Counted from the first letter of the stretch, positions 19,179-29,751 are shown. The stretch is DNA of 64,000 nucleotides from a bacterium (GCA_019751945.1 JAIEMT010000001.1:6635-70634), one strand, 5' to 3'. The notes: a model not told the origin generated them from the letters alone. A program made the numbers and translations.

Positions 19179-21111
19179 TCAATCGGAATACCAGGCCGTA
19201 TTCCTCACGGCAAGGCATCAACGAGGGGGCTGCTCTCAGAAGTTCGTACGGGTGCATGGTTTGTTTGGCGAGGTTTCGGAGAGACTCGTTTCGAGCCTGG
19301 AAGAGTTCAGCCTCTAGTTGTCCCAGTAGACGAGGCGCGGATTCGGGATCTGCACGGAGTTGTTCAGTCCAGCCTGACGGAACTTCAATGGGAGGATTTG
19401 TTTTCAGAGTTCCCCAGGTCAGAAAGAGATGGATGTTGGGATCGAGGGCCACCTCCGTTTGGAGAAGTTTCCTTTGCCGGTTGACGATATCAGAGATGGC
19501 TTCATTGAGTGCGGCGCTTCGGTCGCTTCTGAGTTTTCCAGGCGGAGGTATCGAGTGAGCATCGATCTCTCGAAAATCACTTGTAACCGCTAAGTAGGCC
19601 CGATTCTCTATGATCTCCGAAAGGAATTTTTGCAGAAGTTTGGGGTCATTGTAAAAAGTCTTTCCAAATTCAACCGAGTATTTTGCCTGAGTCTGCTCGA
19701 TGATTTTTGAAAGTTCCTCGAGGTCATTTCTTAGTTTAATAGCGGTACGATGAAGTTCTTGGTCAAACTTAAGAAAACGATTCACTGTTGCTCCGAAGTG
19801 AGGACTATTGGTATTGGCGAGATTCTCCAAATCTTCTGCGTAGCGAATCCGATTTACTGCGCCTCCGGCTTGTCGAAAGGTCTCCATTCCCACCTCGACT
19901 TGATTTCTACAGGCTTCCAGAATGCCCGCGCGCTCTCTCAGGTTTTTTAGCTGACGCACGTTAATTCTTTCGGGGCTTTCTGCGAAAGCAGCAGCTGCTG
20001 GCACTCTTTCAATCGATGGAGACCTTCTTCTGTCTAGAGCAAAGTATTCACGCGCCGAGGGAGACTGTGCAGCTTCGAGTCCTAGTAGTTCTGCCTCGTT
20101 GGTAACAAGCTCTCCAATCTTAGCAGCGAGACTAGGATCTGCCAGGAGACCCTGCTCCCGAGCTAAAGCCAGCATTTCCTCTCGAAACAGTCTGATTCTT
20201 CTGAGAGGGAAGACGCCACCATCGGGACTGGGGACTTGATTCGGGTCGAATTTTCTTAGGAATCCGTGGATATGCTGGGAAGCTTCGAGTTCCAAACCAT
20301 ATCTCTTTTCAACTTCTGCCTTCAGTTGAGTGTATCGGGTATCAAATTTTTTAGAATTTACACGGACTCTGTCTGCCTCTGTACCTAGTGTCGAAAGAAA
20401 TCGTTCGAAGTTTGAGTCGTTAATTTGTTGAAGGCGCGAAGGACGAATCGCAGAGGCGGCCCCTTTTTTGTAGGTGCTACGAAAATCCTGGATTCGTTTC
20501 GCGGCCTGTTTTCTAATTCGCTGAGATTCTTGATTGCTTTCCTCATTCGTCATGACCATGAGGCTTCCGCGAGGATCAGATCGATAAGTAGGTCTATTTT
20601 GTTTCAGAATTTGGAAATAACTACGAACCTCTGGAGAACGTGAAACCTCAAGTTCATGCATCTGAGTTTCATTGGAGATTAGGAATTCGGTCATTTCTTT
20701 TAAGGCTGTCGATTTTTTTAAGGAAACCTGTCCCGCTTTCACCTCTTCTTTTAATGTGTCGATTTGGAAGAGCGGAAAGGTGGGACCGCCATCAGAAGAA
20801 ATTCTGGCCATCCGGCCGAGAAATTCTCCTCGCAGCTCTACGCTTTCTAAGAAGCTGGCACCGTGCTTCGCCACAAAATCTTGGTGGACTTCCTTGAATT
20901 TGTTTTCAAATTCACGAGTATTCTTCTGGATCCGATCTTTCCAGGCTCGAATATCGACTTGAAGGCCCCTCATTTGCCTCAGGACTTCAATCCCGAAGTC
21001 CTTCTCGTTAGAAACGGCTTTAATTAGTCCGTCCTCGTCGGCTTCAGCGGCGAATAGCGAGGAGGCAGTGAGTGTGGCGGAAAGAATCCACGCCGCCGTC
21101 CAGAGCTTCAT
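19171..21111 (-). CDS. Large secreted hypothetical protein (646 aa) with internal repeats and coiled-coil character
   Basis: Signal peptide MKLWTAAWILSATLTASSLFA. Internal repeats such as SRSPEVRSYFQILKQNR and AQSPSAREYFALDRRRS. The start abuts the cyclase stop. Confidence 0.5.
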   Translation of the reverse strand: MKLWTAAWILSATLTASSLFAAEADEDGLIKAVSNEKDFGIEVLRQMRGLQVDIRAWKDRIQKNTREFENKFKEVHQDFVAKHGASFLESVELRGEFLGRMARISSDGGPTFPLFQIDTLKEEVKAGQVSLKKSTALKEMTEFLISNETQMHELEVSRSPEVRSYFQILKQNRPTYRSDPRGSLMVMTNEESNQESQRIRKQAAKRIQDFRSTYKKGAASAIRPSRLQQINDSNFERFLSTLGTEADRVRVNSKKFDTRYTQLKAEVEKRYGLELEASQHIHGFLRKFDPNQVPSPDGGVFPLRRIRLFREEMLALAREQGLLADPSLAAKIGELVTNEAELLGLEAAQSPSAREYFALDRRRSPSIERVPAAAAFAESPERINVRQLKNLRERAGILEACRNQVEVGMETFRQAGGAVNRIRYAEDLENLANTNSPHFGATVNRFLKFDQELHRTAIKLRNDLEELSKIIEQTQAKYSVEFGKTFYNDPKLLQKFLSEIIENRAYLAVTSDFREIDAHSIPPPGKLRSDRSAALNEAISDIVNRQRKLLQTEVALDPNIHLFLTWGTLKTNPPIEVPSGWTEQLRADPESAPRLLGQLEAELFQARNESLRNLAKQTMHPYELLRAAPSLMPCREEYGLVFRLND

Positions 21112-23007
21112 TTAAGCCGCCTTTTTGATTCGGAAGGGCGGCGGAGTCAATTCGTGGCGGCGGAAGGGGGGCGGAGTCTTTCCGATGAAGGTGCTTTCAC
21201 CCGTGGTGCCGCTTTCCGGGGGAATGAACTCGTAGCCTTCTTTGAAATTGATGACCTCGTACACAGCGACTTCTTCAGCCTTGCCCTTCACCTTGGTGGT
21301 GCCGCGGGCTTCGCAGTGAATGAATTCTTGAATTTCTGCGTAGGTTTCGTCGCTGATCAGGATGTCGGTTTTGAATTCTTTGGTGAGTGACTCCATTCGG
21401 GAGGTCAAGTTCACGTTGTCGCCCAGAATCGTGTATTCCATGCGTTCGGGAGAACCGATGTTCCCCGCGACGACTGAGCCGGTGTGCATGCCCATTCCGA
21501 TGGCGATAACGGGCTTCCCATTCGCCGCTTGGTCTTCATTAAAACGTTTGAGTTCAGCGCGCATGCGGAGCGCTGCGGAGACAGCGCGGAGTGAGTCGTT
21601 TTCGTGCGAAATCGGCGTGCCGTAGACGGCCATGATGGCGTCACCGACGTATTTGTCGACCACGCCTCCGTGAGCGAAAATGATTCGCACCATGCGGGTC
21701 ATGTAACCGTTGATCAGTTCCACGACCTGTTCCGGTTCGAGTTTCTCGGAAATGCTGGTGAATGAACGAATGTCTGAGAAGAAAATGGTGACCTTCTTGC
21801 GTTCACCGGTGAGCTGCATTTCGCCCGATAGAATTTTATCAGCGATATCCTTGGAGTGAAATTTTGAAAACGCGTTTTTAATTTTTTCACGCTCGGCTAA
21901 GCCCTGAGTCATCTCCGTGAACGATTTCGAAAGATCTCCGATTTCGTCGTTGCTCGTTTTTTTAATTTTGACTTGGTAATTGCCCTTGGAAATTTCTTCA
22001 GTCGCTTCCACCAAGCTGATGAGCGGGCGGGTGAGCGATAAGCTGAACAAGAAGATCACGTAGAAGCCGATGACGCTCACAATCGTGGTGATGTAAATCG
22101 AAGTGTTTCGAACCTGGCGCGCTGGCTTCGTAGCCATGGCTTCTTCTTTTTGTGTGACGACGCCGATGTTTGCAAAACCCACCGTTTTAAACGCACCCAG
22201 GTACGCCACGCCGTTGGAAGGATCAACGAATCGAGTTTGACCGTTGTTGATGGTCTTCGCCGAAATCAATTGCTTCACGATTTCTAAGTGCGAAACGTTT
22301 TCCCGTTTCAGAACTTTTTGCTGATCAGGATGAGCAAGTAAGTAGCCCTGTGAATCGACCAGATAGCTGGTGTTGAGATTGTCGGAGTCGTCCTTCTGAT
22401 CGGGTGAACGGGTGCCGTTCGAAACCGTTCGTAAGAATCGATCTTGTTTCAAGATGGCCACTACCGAGTGAGTGACGTTGTTCTGGTCGTCGCTCACGAG
22501 TGGAAGTGATATCACCATCAGTGGAATATTTCCGTGAAGCTGAAGGCTTTGAATGGTTTCGTTCCCAGCCTTCATCTTGTCATAAGGGAGTTCGCCCAGA
22601 ATCTTTTGCATTTCTTCGTTGTTGGAATCGAGGCTTTTTACCAGCGCGTCGTTCGAGGCTTGGCCAACCGGACGGGCCTTTCCATCGGCGAGAGTGAAAA
22701 CCGTGGTACTAAGCAAATCTTTTTCGTGTTCGAAAAGCGGGCGTTGCACTGCTTCGACTTGTGCTTGGGGAAGGTTCTGCATGAGAGTGACACCGAGGAG
22801 GCGCATCTTCTCAGCGAGATTGTTCAAGTCGTTCTTCATCACTTGAGCCACCAGGCGAGCCGTTTCCAAGTTACTTTCTTGGACGCGCGCCACGTTGTCG
22901 CGGTTGAAGAAGAAGCTGGCGAAACCAATGATTGCCAGTGCCGCTGCCAGCAGCACGGTGTTGATGATTCCCACCAGTTTAGTGCGAATATTGAAACGAA
23001 CCTTCAT
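21112..23007 (-). CDS. Receptor-type class III adenylate/guanylate cyclase with a periplasmic sensor domain and a HAMP domain
   Basis: TM1, a periplasmic domain of about 270 aa, TM2, HAMP (LISLVEATEEISKGNYQVKIKKTSNDEIGDLSKSF), then the cyclase core FSDIRSFT...VDKYVGDAIMAVYG. The C-terminal tail has a duplicated TPPPFR. Confidence 0.85.
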   Translation of the reverse strand: MKVRFNIRTKLVGIINTVLLAAALAIIGFASFFFNRDNVARVQESNLETARLVAQVMKNDLNNLAEKMRLLGVTLMQNLPQAQVEAVQRPLFEHEKDLLSTTVFTLADGKARPVGQASNDALVKSLDSNNEEMQKILGELPYDKMKAGNETIQSLQLHGNIPLMVISLPLVSDDQNNVTHSVVAILKQDRFLRTVSNGTRSPDQKDDSDNLNTSYLVDSQGYLLAHPDQQKVLKRENVSHLEIVKQLISAKTINNGQTRFVDPSNGVAYLGAFKTVGFANIGVVTQKEEAMATKPARQVRNTSIYITTIVSVIGFYVIFLFSLSLTRPLISLVEATEEISKGNYQVKIKKTSNDEIGDLSKSFTEMTQGLAEREKIKNAFSKFHSKDIADKILSGEMQLTGERKKVTIFFSDIRSFTSISEKLEPEQVVELINGYMTRMVRIIFAHGGVVDKYVGDAIMAVYGTPISHENDSLRAVSAALRMRAELKRFNEDQAANGKPVIAIGMGMHTGSVVAGNIGSPERMEYTILGDNVNLTSRMESLTKEFKTDILISDETYAEIQEFIHCEARGTTKVKGKAEEVAVYEVINFKEGYEFIPPESGTTGESTFIGKTPPPFRRHELTPPPFRIKKAA

Positions 23008-23012
23008 AGTCC

Positions 23013-25169
23013 CTATCTTTTATCGGCTGTCGAATTCTTAAACTGAAGATAGAGATCGGAAAGTTCACGGCTTTTTTGGAAAAGGTCTTTCTCGTCAGGG
23101 GGGCCGAATCGGAAATGATTGTAGAGCTGAACCCAGTTCTGCAGAGCATGCGTCGCGCTATGTCCAAATTTTGACTCCACCTGGACCAGGCTGCGCTGAA
23201 ATTCGAGAGTTTTGCGGGATTCTCGGAGTTTTTTACTCAGAAGACGTTCGAGCTTGATGCGTTGCGCGCGAAGCCACCACGGACCCTCTCGAACTCTCCA
23301 ACGAATCGAAAAAATTCCGGGGAACCAGGTTCGGGCGACCAAGAGGCCAATGACGCCGACCACGACAATCAGGACAAAGGCAACGACAGCGAGCCATTGA
23401 TAGTGAGCGAACGTGTCGCGGACCCACTGACCAAATCGAGAGGTCTGACCATCTCCCGAGGATTTTCTAAACGGGGCAGTGACACTTAAACCCATTTCGA
23501 TTTGAGAGTTGGATTCGAACGACAAGACGTATCGGTACCAGTAAGCGCTGAGGGCTTCGTATTGGTCTCGGAAGGTGTCGAGGAGGGAGAGGTTCACGTA
23601 CTCTCTCGGAGTGGGGTCGTAAACTTTCCAACCTTCTCTGGGAATCCAAACCTCCAGCCAAGCGTGCGCGTCGCCCGAGCGAACGGTTAAAATTCCGTTT
23701 GCCGGACCTCGCGAGAGTCGAAATCCGGCGATCAAGCGAGTGGGGACTCCGCCCATCCTAAGGAGGACTGCAGCCGCGCTGGCAAAGTGTTCGCAGTGGC
23801 CAGCCTTCGAAACAAAGAGAAATTTTTCGATCGCATTGAGTTGGGAAGCAAGCGAGCGATTCTGAGTGTTGAAATATTCTTCCTCCGTGTTTGCTAGAGT
23901 GGCTTTGTAGCCTTTGCCCAGGAGGTCCATCACTTTTCCAAGTTTTGTCGCGGCATCCGTCTCGGTGGGGAAAAGGCGTTTCACGAATTTTTTTAGTCCA
24001 TTGGTACGAATGGAATCTGGAACGATGAGGTGAACGGGTTGAGGAAGGTCGTCCTCGCGAAAAGATTTGTGGATGGCCAGAGATTTTCCGCTCAGTGAGA
24101 AGTTATAGCTCACTCGTCGAGTTCTGGAGTTGGATTCGTTCCACTCACTTCCACTCGTTCGCATGGGGCGGGTTTTGAATCCGCTTTCCTCAAGAAGGAC
24201 TCGGTTAGCTCCGTAGGGAACAGGCAATACAACCGAGTCGATGGGCTCGCGAATGGCAAAAACGGAGAGCTGATTTTTCTCATCCATTTCTGTTGCGGGG
24301 TTTCGGTTCCTTTGGCGGTAAGGCATTGGAACCATCTCGCGCTTTCCCTGAGGGGTATTGTACCAGTCTTTACCATCGAAGACCGAGAGGACCCGTCCCC
24401 GAAGGAGACCCGCGAAGACCAAGCTCAGGAAAAACTGATTGGCCGTTTTGGCGTCATCCATTTGGGTGAACATTCGAATTACGGGAGATCCGCTGCCAGC
24501 ACCGGTGAGTGAGAATCCCTTAGCGAGGGTGACTTCTTCCGTGTAACCGACTCGGCGTTGATCCACGAGGTCCGGCATTCCCGTTTTTGTTCTCGGGAGA
24601 ATGGGGAAGATGGCAAAACTGCTTAAGAGAATCACCGCTGATAGCATCAAACTGTTTCGAAGATAGGATGGCGATAGCGGACGATGAAGCTGTTCGGGCG
24701 CTCGCGTTTTAAATTCGCTTTCTAAGAACAGTGTCGAAATGAGGATCGAACTGAGAATGGCGAAAAGAAAAATAGCCAGGGAGAGATAGAGATCGTTGGT
24801 GATGGCAGCCGTGAGGTTGAGCTCCACAAATCCGATGCCGACGCGCCAACCCTTCTCACGTGGAGTAGGAGCTGAGAACCAAAGCGAGGCATGAAAAATC
24901 GGCGCCGCCTGAGCCACCATCAAGAGCAGCGGCTCTTTTAGAAACCACCAAGAAAAGAAAGTTCCGCAAAGAGTGAGAAAGAGAGCCCCGGCCATCCAGC
25001 CGTTTCCCATTTGAATGCGGCGCAATCGCGTCAGTACAAGGAGACTCAGGACGAAGGCCCAAATGCCGGGGCGCACTTCCCCGGTGAGAGCCAGAGTTCC
25101 CAAAGCAATGAGATCGAGCGACCAGCTCAGAAATCCGGAGAGGCGAGTGACGGACCAGTTCGAGATCAC
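23013..25169 (-). CDS. Transglutaminase-like membrane protein (TgpA-like: DUF3488, transglutaminase core, DUF4129-like C-terminus)
   Basis: Multi-TM N-terminus, the core GHCEHFASAAAVLLRMGGVPTRLIAGF...GDAHAWLEVW (Cys-His-Asp), and a C-terminal TM region. Confidence 0.85.
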   Translation of the reverse strand: MISNWSVTRLSGFLSWSLDLIALGTLALTGEVRPGIWAFVLSLLVLTRLRRIQMGNGWMAGALFLTLCGTFFSWWFLKEPLLLMVAQAAPIFHASLWFSAPTPREKGWRVGIGFVELNLTAAITNDLYLSLAIFLFAILSSILISTLFLESEFKTRAPEQLHRPLSPSYLRNSLMLSAVILLSSFAIFPILPRTKTGMPDLVDQRRVGYTEEVTLAKGFSLTGAGSGSPVIRMFTQMDDAKTANQFFLSLVFAGLLRGRVLSVFDGKDWYNTPQGKREMVPMPYRQRNRNPATEMDEKNQLSVFAIREPIDSVVLPVPYGANRVLLEESGFKTRPMRTSGSEWNESNSRTRRVSYNFSLSGKSLAIHKSFREDDLPQPVHLIVPDSIRTNGLKKFVKRLFPTETDAATKLGKVMDLLGKGYKATLANTEEEYFNTQNRSLASQLNAIEKFLFVSKAGHCEHFASAAAVLLRMGGVPTRLIAGFRLSRGPANGILTVRSGDAHAWLEVWIPREGWKVYDPTPREYVNLSLLDTFRDQYEALSAYWYRYVLSFESNSQIEMGLSVTAPFRKSSGDGQTSRFGQWVRDTFAHYQWLAVVAFVLIVVVGVIGLLVARTWFPGIFSIRWRVREGPWWLRAQRIKLERLLSKKLRESRKTLEFQRSLVQVESKFGHSATHALQNWVQLYNHFRFGPPDEKDLFQKSRELSDLYLQFKNSTADKR

Positions 25170-26068
25170 GCTGCCTCCTTTCGAGGAATCAGCCCTTGGG
25201 CTTGAGCCAGCGCGAGTTGATCCAAGGAATCTTTTCTGCCGTGATACGTGCGCGCACCTTCCCAGTCGACGAGGGTGAGCGACCAGGTTTTTCCTTCTTC
25301 GCCCGCGTCGGAGTAGAAGACTTGGGCGAGGTCTCGAATTCGATTTTCCAACGACGTGCCCGCTTCGGTACGTAGATCCAGAACGAGTTTTTCATCCTGA
25401 CTTTCAGAACGGCGTTGTCGGACGAGAGGTTCCGTGCCGCGTGCACTGAGTGTCCAGACGACGTGTCGGTAGTCGTCGTCCCAGGTCATGGGGCGAACTT
25501 CTCCCTCTTGGATTCTGACTCCGGCTTTAAAAGTTCCCTCGGAGTTTGGAGATCGATTTTTAGAGCTGTCTCCCTTGAGGGGCTCTGGCCAAATGATTCG
25601 TCTTCCGCCTTTGTTACTCAAGATTCTGAGTTTTTTTGCGAACCCAAAAGGGTAGCTCGTCGCGATGGCAAGGGCATCCCAGGTGTGCCATCCCCGTTGA
25701 TCGAAGCGCTGTTTTGAAGAAATCACAATGGACTGCCGGGGCGCGAGAAAGGGTACAAACGCAGATGGAACGAACTTTCCATTTGTCCATTCCCCCACTT
25801 CTACACAGAAGATTGGAAATCGTCGTTGGTTCGAAATGTAGACTTGGTCTTTCGGAGCCGAGTTGGCCGCTACAGGAATTCTTTTAAACTCAATTTTGAG
25901 AGCTGAGATGGAGCGCTCAGAGAGGATTCCAGAAAGGATGAGACCGCTCAGAAGAAGGCTTTCGATCAGATAGACGATGTTATTTCCGGAAGAGAGGGCC
26001 ACGACCCCGAGCAGAATCGTCAGAGCTACGTACCAGCGACCTGCAACCGTGACTTCCAGTTTTCGCAT
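25166..26068 (-). CDS. DUF58 domain protein
   Basis: The N-terminal TM pair followed by the DUF58 core. It sits in the conserved MoxR-DUF58-TgpA arrangement with 3-4 nt junctions. Confidence 0.75.
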   Translation of the reverse strand: MRKLEVTVAGRWYVALTILLGVVALSSGNNIVYLIESLLLSGLILSGILSERSISALKIEFKRIPVAANSAPKDQVYISNQRRFPIFCVEVGEWTNGKFVPSAFVPFLAPRQSIVISSKQRFDQRGWHTWDALAIATSYPFGFAKKLRILSNKGGRRIIWPEPLKGDSSKNRSPNSEGTFKAGVRIQEGEVRPMTWDDDYRHVVWTLSARGTEPLVRQRRSESQDEKLVLDLRTEAGTSLENRIRDLAQVFYSDAGEEGKTWSLTLVDWEGARTYHGRKDSLDQLALAQAQGLIPRKEAA

Positions 26069-26071
26069 GGG

Positions 26072-27055
26072 TTATTTTGGAGAGCGAACTCTCTCCAAAA
26101 TCTCCTGAATAACTGCGCGTTTTTGCGTCGTTCCTCGATGTCCGTCGGTAAAAGACAAACGATGGGCAAGGCATGCCACCGCCATGTCCCGAACTTCTTT
26201 GGGGCTGACGAAGTCTTGACCGCGAAGATAGGCTAGGCCTTTTGCAGCCGCGACGAGTTGCAGGCCCCCCCGAACGGAGACGCCGAAGGCAATGTCCTCG
26301 TGAACGCGAGTAGCGCGAACAAGGTCCAAGCAGTATTCGAGAACTGATTTTTCGACAAAGAGACGGGCCACTGAGGAACGAATTTTCTGAATTCCCTCGA
26401 TCGTGAAAAGGGGTTCTTCCGTGGTCTCAGAAACCAAGGGTGAGGAACGGTCCGTATGGGCCTGGTAGATTTCAAATTCGCTGTCTTTTTCTGGAGAATC
26501 CACCGTGAGAGAAAGCATGAAGCGATCGAGTTGGCTTTCTGCGAGCGGGTAGACACCCTGAAACTCTGCCGGGTTCTGTGTAGCAACTACGAAGAACGGA
26601 TTGGGAAGCGAGTAGACTTTTCCGTCGACTGTCACAGTGGCTTCGGCCATGGATTCGAGTAGAGCGCTTTGGGTTTTTGGTCCCGTTCGGTTCAACTCGT
26701 CTGCTAGGAGAAAATTCGTGAAGATCGGGCCCTGGCGAAATTCAAATTCCGAATCGCCGGGCTTTAGGCGCAAGATTCCCACGATGTCGCTGGGAAGCAG
26801 GTCACTGGTCATTTGGATTCTTCGAAAAGTTCCGCCGAAGCAGGAGGCCAAGCCTCGGGCCAAAGAAGTTTTTCCGGTGCCCGGAGCCCCTTCCAAGAGG
26901 AGGTGCCCCGCGCCCAAGAACGTCGCGAGCGACAATTCTACGACGGAGTCTTTTCCATGCAGATATTGGGACAGCCTCTTCAAAGCGAGTTGAAGGAGAG
27001 CTTGATGCTCAGCGTGATTCTCACCTCTGAGTTTTTCGGAGCGCGCAATGGACAT
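26072..27055 (-). CDS. MoxR-family AAA+ ATPase
   Basis: GAPGTGKTSLARGLA Walker A, DELNRTGPKTQSALLE Walker B/sensor, and 327 aa, typical of MoxR. Confidence 0.9.
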   Translation of the reverse strand: MSIARSEKLRGENHAEHQALLQLALKRLSQYLHGKDSVVELSLATFLGAGHLLLEGAPGTGKTSLARGLASCFGGTFRRIQMTSDLLPSDIVGILRLKPGDSEFEFRQGPIFTNFLLADELNRTGPKTQSALLESMAEATVTVDGKVYSLPNPFFVVATQNPAEFQGVYPLAESQLDRFMLSLTVDSPEKDSEFEIYQAHTDRSSPLVSETTEEPLFTIEGIQKIRSSVARLFVEKSVLEYCLDLVRATRVHEDIAFGVSVRGGLQLVAAAKGLAYLRGQDFVSPKEVRDMAVACLAHRLSFTDGHRGTTQKRAVIQEILERVRSPK

Positions 27056-27237
27056 GAGTGGTCCCTCTCTCTTTTTGAATCGACATAAACGGCGGTTCGT
27101 ATGAGAAGAATCGATCAGTTCGTTATAGTTTAGTTATTTAATAAATTATCAGCAGATAATCTGGGCAGCTTCTGCCCACCGACGTGGTGCATTAACCTCT
27201 TCTTTCTCCAGATTTAGGCCGATACGAAGTGTAGAGC

Positions 27238-29742
27238 ATGGAAAGTTCAATTCGTATTCAGAACGAAAGAAAAGAGATCATCGCGGTCACACTGTTCGCG
27301 ATCATGGCGATCTATTTTTTCGCGCAGTTGATTCAGCGAGAGTTGAAGCCGGGGAATCTGGGCGGATCTCAGCGCACCGTTGTCGCTCGTTTGCAACTTG
27401 CCACTCAGAACGTTCAAAGAAAATTCGACAAAGAAGTGCTTTGGGAAAGTGTGGCATCGAGTGTTCCGCTCTACACGCGCGATTCGGTTCGAACGGCCGA
27501 GAAAAGTGCCGCTCGAATTCTCTTCGAAGACGGAAGCTTGATCGAGATGGCCGAAAATTCCCTCATTGTCTTAGATCGCACCGACGAAAAAATTCAGGTC
27601 GACTTCATGAAGGGTTCGGTTTTTGCGAAAGCAAAAGGAATCGAAATCAATACGGGCCGCGGAAAAATTGAATTGGGCAAAGACAAGAAAGGCGAACTTT
27701 CCCTGGTAGCTGGACAATCAGGTCTCGAAGTGACCGTCGCAGAAGGCAGCGCCAAGATTAAAACCGACAAGGGCGAAGCCGTTTTGGGCGTGAACGAAAA
27801 GGGGAGCCTCAGTGACGGCGGCATTTCTCAGCAGAAACTGAAACTCCGCGGCACTTTACCGGAGCAAAATGCGAAGTTCGTGGTGGCCCAGGGCGCTGCG
27901 CCCATTCAATTTGCCTGGGAAGGCGATAAAGAATTCGTTCCGATCTCGCGCCTTCAGATCGCGCGCGATTCCAGCTTCCGATCTCCAGTGAAGTTTTCTG
28001 CTTCCGAGTTGGCAGACGGGAAGGCCAGCGTAGCTCTGGCCGAAGGCACATACTACTGGAGAGTGATTGCCAAGGGAACTCAAGCAGGTCCTGATGGAAA
28101 AACAAAGAACGAAGTGAGTGACCAAAGGCTTCTTCAAGTGATTCGTCACTGGCCTGTTCAACTCGATCAGCCCATGGCTGGTTCTAAAATTAGCTTCTTT
28201 AAGCAAGCGCCGAGCGTGGCATTGAGCTGGCGAAGTCAAGTTCGTGAGGGTGAACAGGAAGTCCAAATATCAAAAGATGCCAAGTTCTCTCAGCTTCTCC
28301 CAAAGATTTCTTCCGTCAGTGAAGGAAATTCCTTCCGCGCGGGAGTGAATGGAATTGAGCCTGGAAAATACTTTTGGAGAGTGGTGACCCGCTACGATGG
28401 GATGGGTGCAAAACGCGACGAGAAATTGGCCTTGAATTCTGACGTCCGCGGATTTGAAATTCAGAAACTCGATCAATTGCCGAGCCCGGTACTCGTCCAG
28501 CCGGCCGAGAATGCTTCGTTAGCGTTAGGGAAGGACAAGTCCAAGATCTTCTTTTCATGGCAGCCTGTCAGCGAAGCAAATGGTTATAAAATCGTGGTAG
28601 CACGAGATGCGAAACTGAAATCGGTAGTCTTAGAACAAAAGCTCGGCCCCATGAGTAGCTTTGAAATGCCCTTCCAAGAAACGGGGACGTTTCATTGGAG
28701 TGTAGAGGCGATCAGCGCGGAGGAAACTTCTGATCCTGCCCAGTCTCGTTCGTTCGTTTCTAATCGAGTGGGTGGTTTCAATCTCATCGCTCCGAAAGCA
28801 GCACAGGCCTTTAGCTATTTGAAACGAAAGCCTGTTGTGAAATTCCAATGGGAAAAGATTTCGGGCACTAAGACTTATATCCTTCAGGTTTCAGGAGATC
28901 CGGATTTTAAATCGGTGAGTTGGAGTCAGGAATCCGACGAACCCCAGATTGAATCCGATGAATTACCCTCAGGCGTGAAGTACTGGCGTGTAGTGGCTCG
29001 GGGAGATCGAGCTCAGTCCATTGGAATTAGCGAGACCCGACAGTATCGCCTTGAGATGGATCCGTTAATGGCGGCCCCCGTGAAGATGGAACCCCAGAGT
29101 GGTTTCAAAGTTCAGCTGGGTGCTGAAGAGTCCGCCCGAAAGGTGAAGCTGGAGTGGAAGGCTGTTGAGAAAACCCGAGGCTATCGACTCTACCTTTATA
29201 AGCAGCCTGCCGGTGGGAAGCAGGAAACGATTTTGGATGGAGAAGAAGTTGACGAACTCTTCTTTGAAAAGAAGCTCCAAGCCGGCGCTTATCAATGGGA
29301 TGTTCGCGCTGTCGACGAAGTGAAACGCACAGGTCAGGCCGGTTCGATGAGATCTTTTGAGGTCGTCAACGCGTTCCGACTCGCTCCGCCGATTGCGAAG
29401 GCTCCGTTGAATCGCGCCATGATTCAGGAACCCAAACCCGTTCCCGTGAAGTTCAAGTGGGAGTCGGTGGAGGGTGCTGACGGGTATCTCATCAGTATTT
29501 ATCAGGTGGGCGAGGGTGGGAAGCTCAAGCTGGTTCAGAAAAAAGATACGAGCGACACCGAGTATAAGACGGAAAAAATGCTCAAAGCAGGAACTTACAA
29601 GTGGCAGGTGGTGGCCCATGGAAAACTGAAGGGCGAGCCAGCCGTGTTTGATTTGAATGTGAAATGGACAGACTTTTTAAGAGCACCGATGAAGGTGCGA
29701 ATGCAAGTCGAGGGGGATCGAATACCGGCTAGCCGGCGTTAG
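27238..29742 (+). CDS. Inner-membrane-anchored FecR-domain protein with about six tandem Fn3-like repeats
   Basis: N-terminal TM (IIAVTLFAIMAIYFF). A FecR-like block (ILFEDGSLIEMAENSLIVLDR...VDFMKGSVFAK...). Then repeats each carrying W-x-x-V-x-x-A-x-G-Y...D..F and G(T/K)Y-x-W-x-V motifs (YYWRVIA, YFWRVVT, FHWSVEA, KYWRVVA, YQWDVRA, YKWQVVA). Confidence 0.7.
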   Translation: MESSIRIQNERKEIIAVTLFAIMAIYFFAQLIQRELKPGNLGGSQRTVVARLQLATQNVQRKFDKEVLWESVASSVPLYTRDSVRTAEKSAARILFEDGSLIEMAENSLIVLDRTDEKIQVDFMKGSVFAKAKGIEINTGRGKIELGKDKKGELSLVAGQSGLEVTVAEGSAKIKTDKGEAVLGVNEKGSLSDGGISQQKLKLRGTLPEQNAKFVVAQGAAPIQFAWEGDKEFVPISRLQIARDSSFRSPVKFSASELADGKASVALAEGTYYWRVIAKGTQAGPDGKTKNEVSDQRLLQVIRHWPVQLDQPMAGSKISFFKQAPSVALSWRSQVREGEQEVQISKDAKFSQLLPKISSVSEGNSFRAGVNGIEPGKYFWRVVTRYDGMGAKRDEKLALNSDVRGFEIQKLDQLPSPVLVQPAENASLALGKDKSKIFFSWQPVSEANGYKIVVARDAKLKSVVLEQKLGPMSSFEMPFQETGTFHWSVEAISAEETSDPAQSRSFVSNRVGGFNLIAPKAAQAFSYLKRKPVVKFQWEKISGTKTYILQVSGDPDFKSVSWSQESDEPQIESDELPSGVKYWRVVARGDRAQSIGISETRQYRLEMDPLMAAPVKMEPQSGFKVQLGAEESARKVKLEWKAVEKTRGYRLYLYKQPAGGKQETILDGEEVDELFFEKKLQAGAYQWDVRAVDEVKRTGQAGSMRSFEVVNAFRLAPPIAKAPLNRAMIQEPKPVPVKFKWESVEGADGYLISIYQVGEGGKLKLVQKKDTSDTEYKTEKMLKAGTYKWQVVAHGKLKGEPAVFDLNVKWTDFLRAPMKVRMQVEGDRIPASRR

Positions 29743-29751
29743 TTTGCAAAA

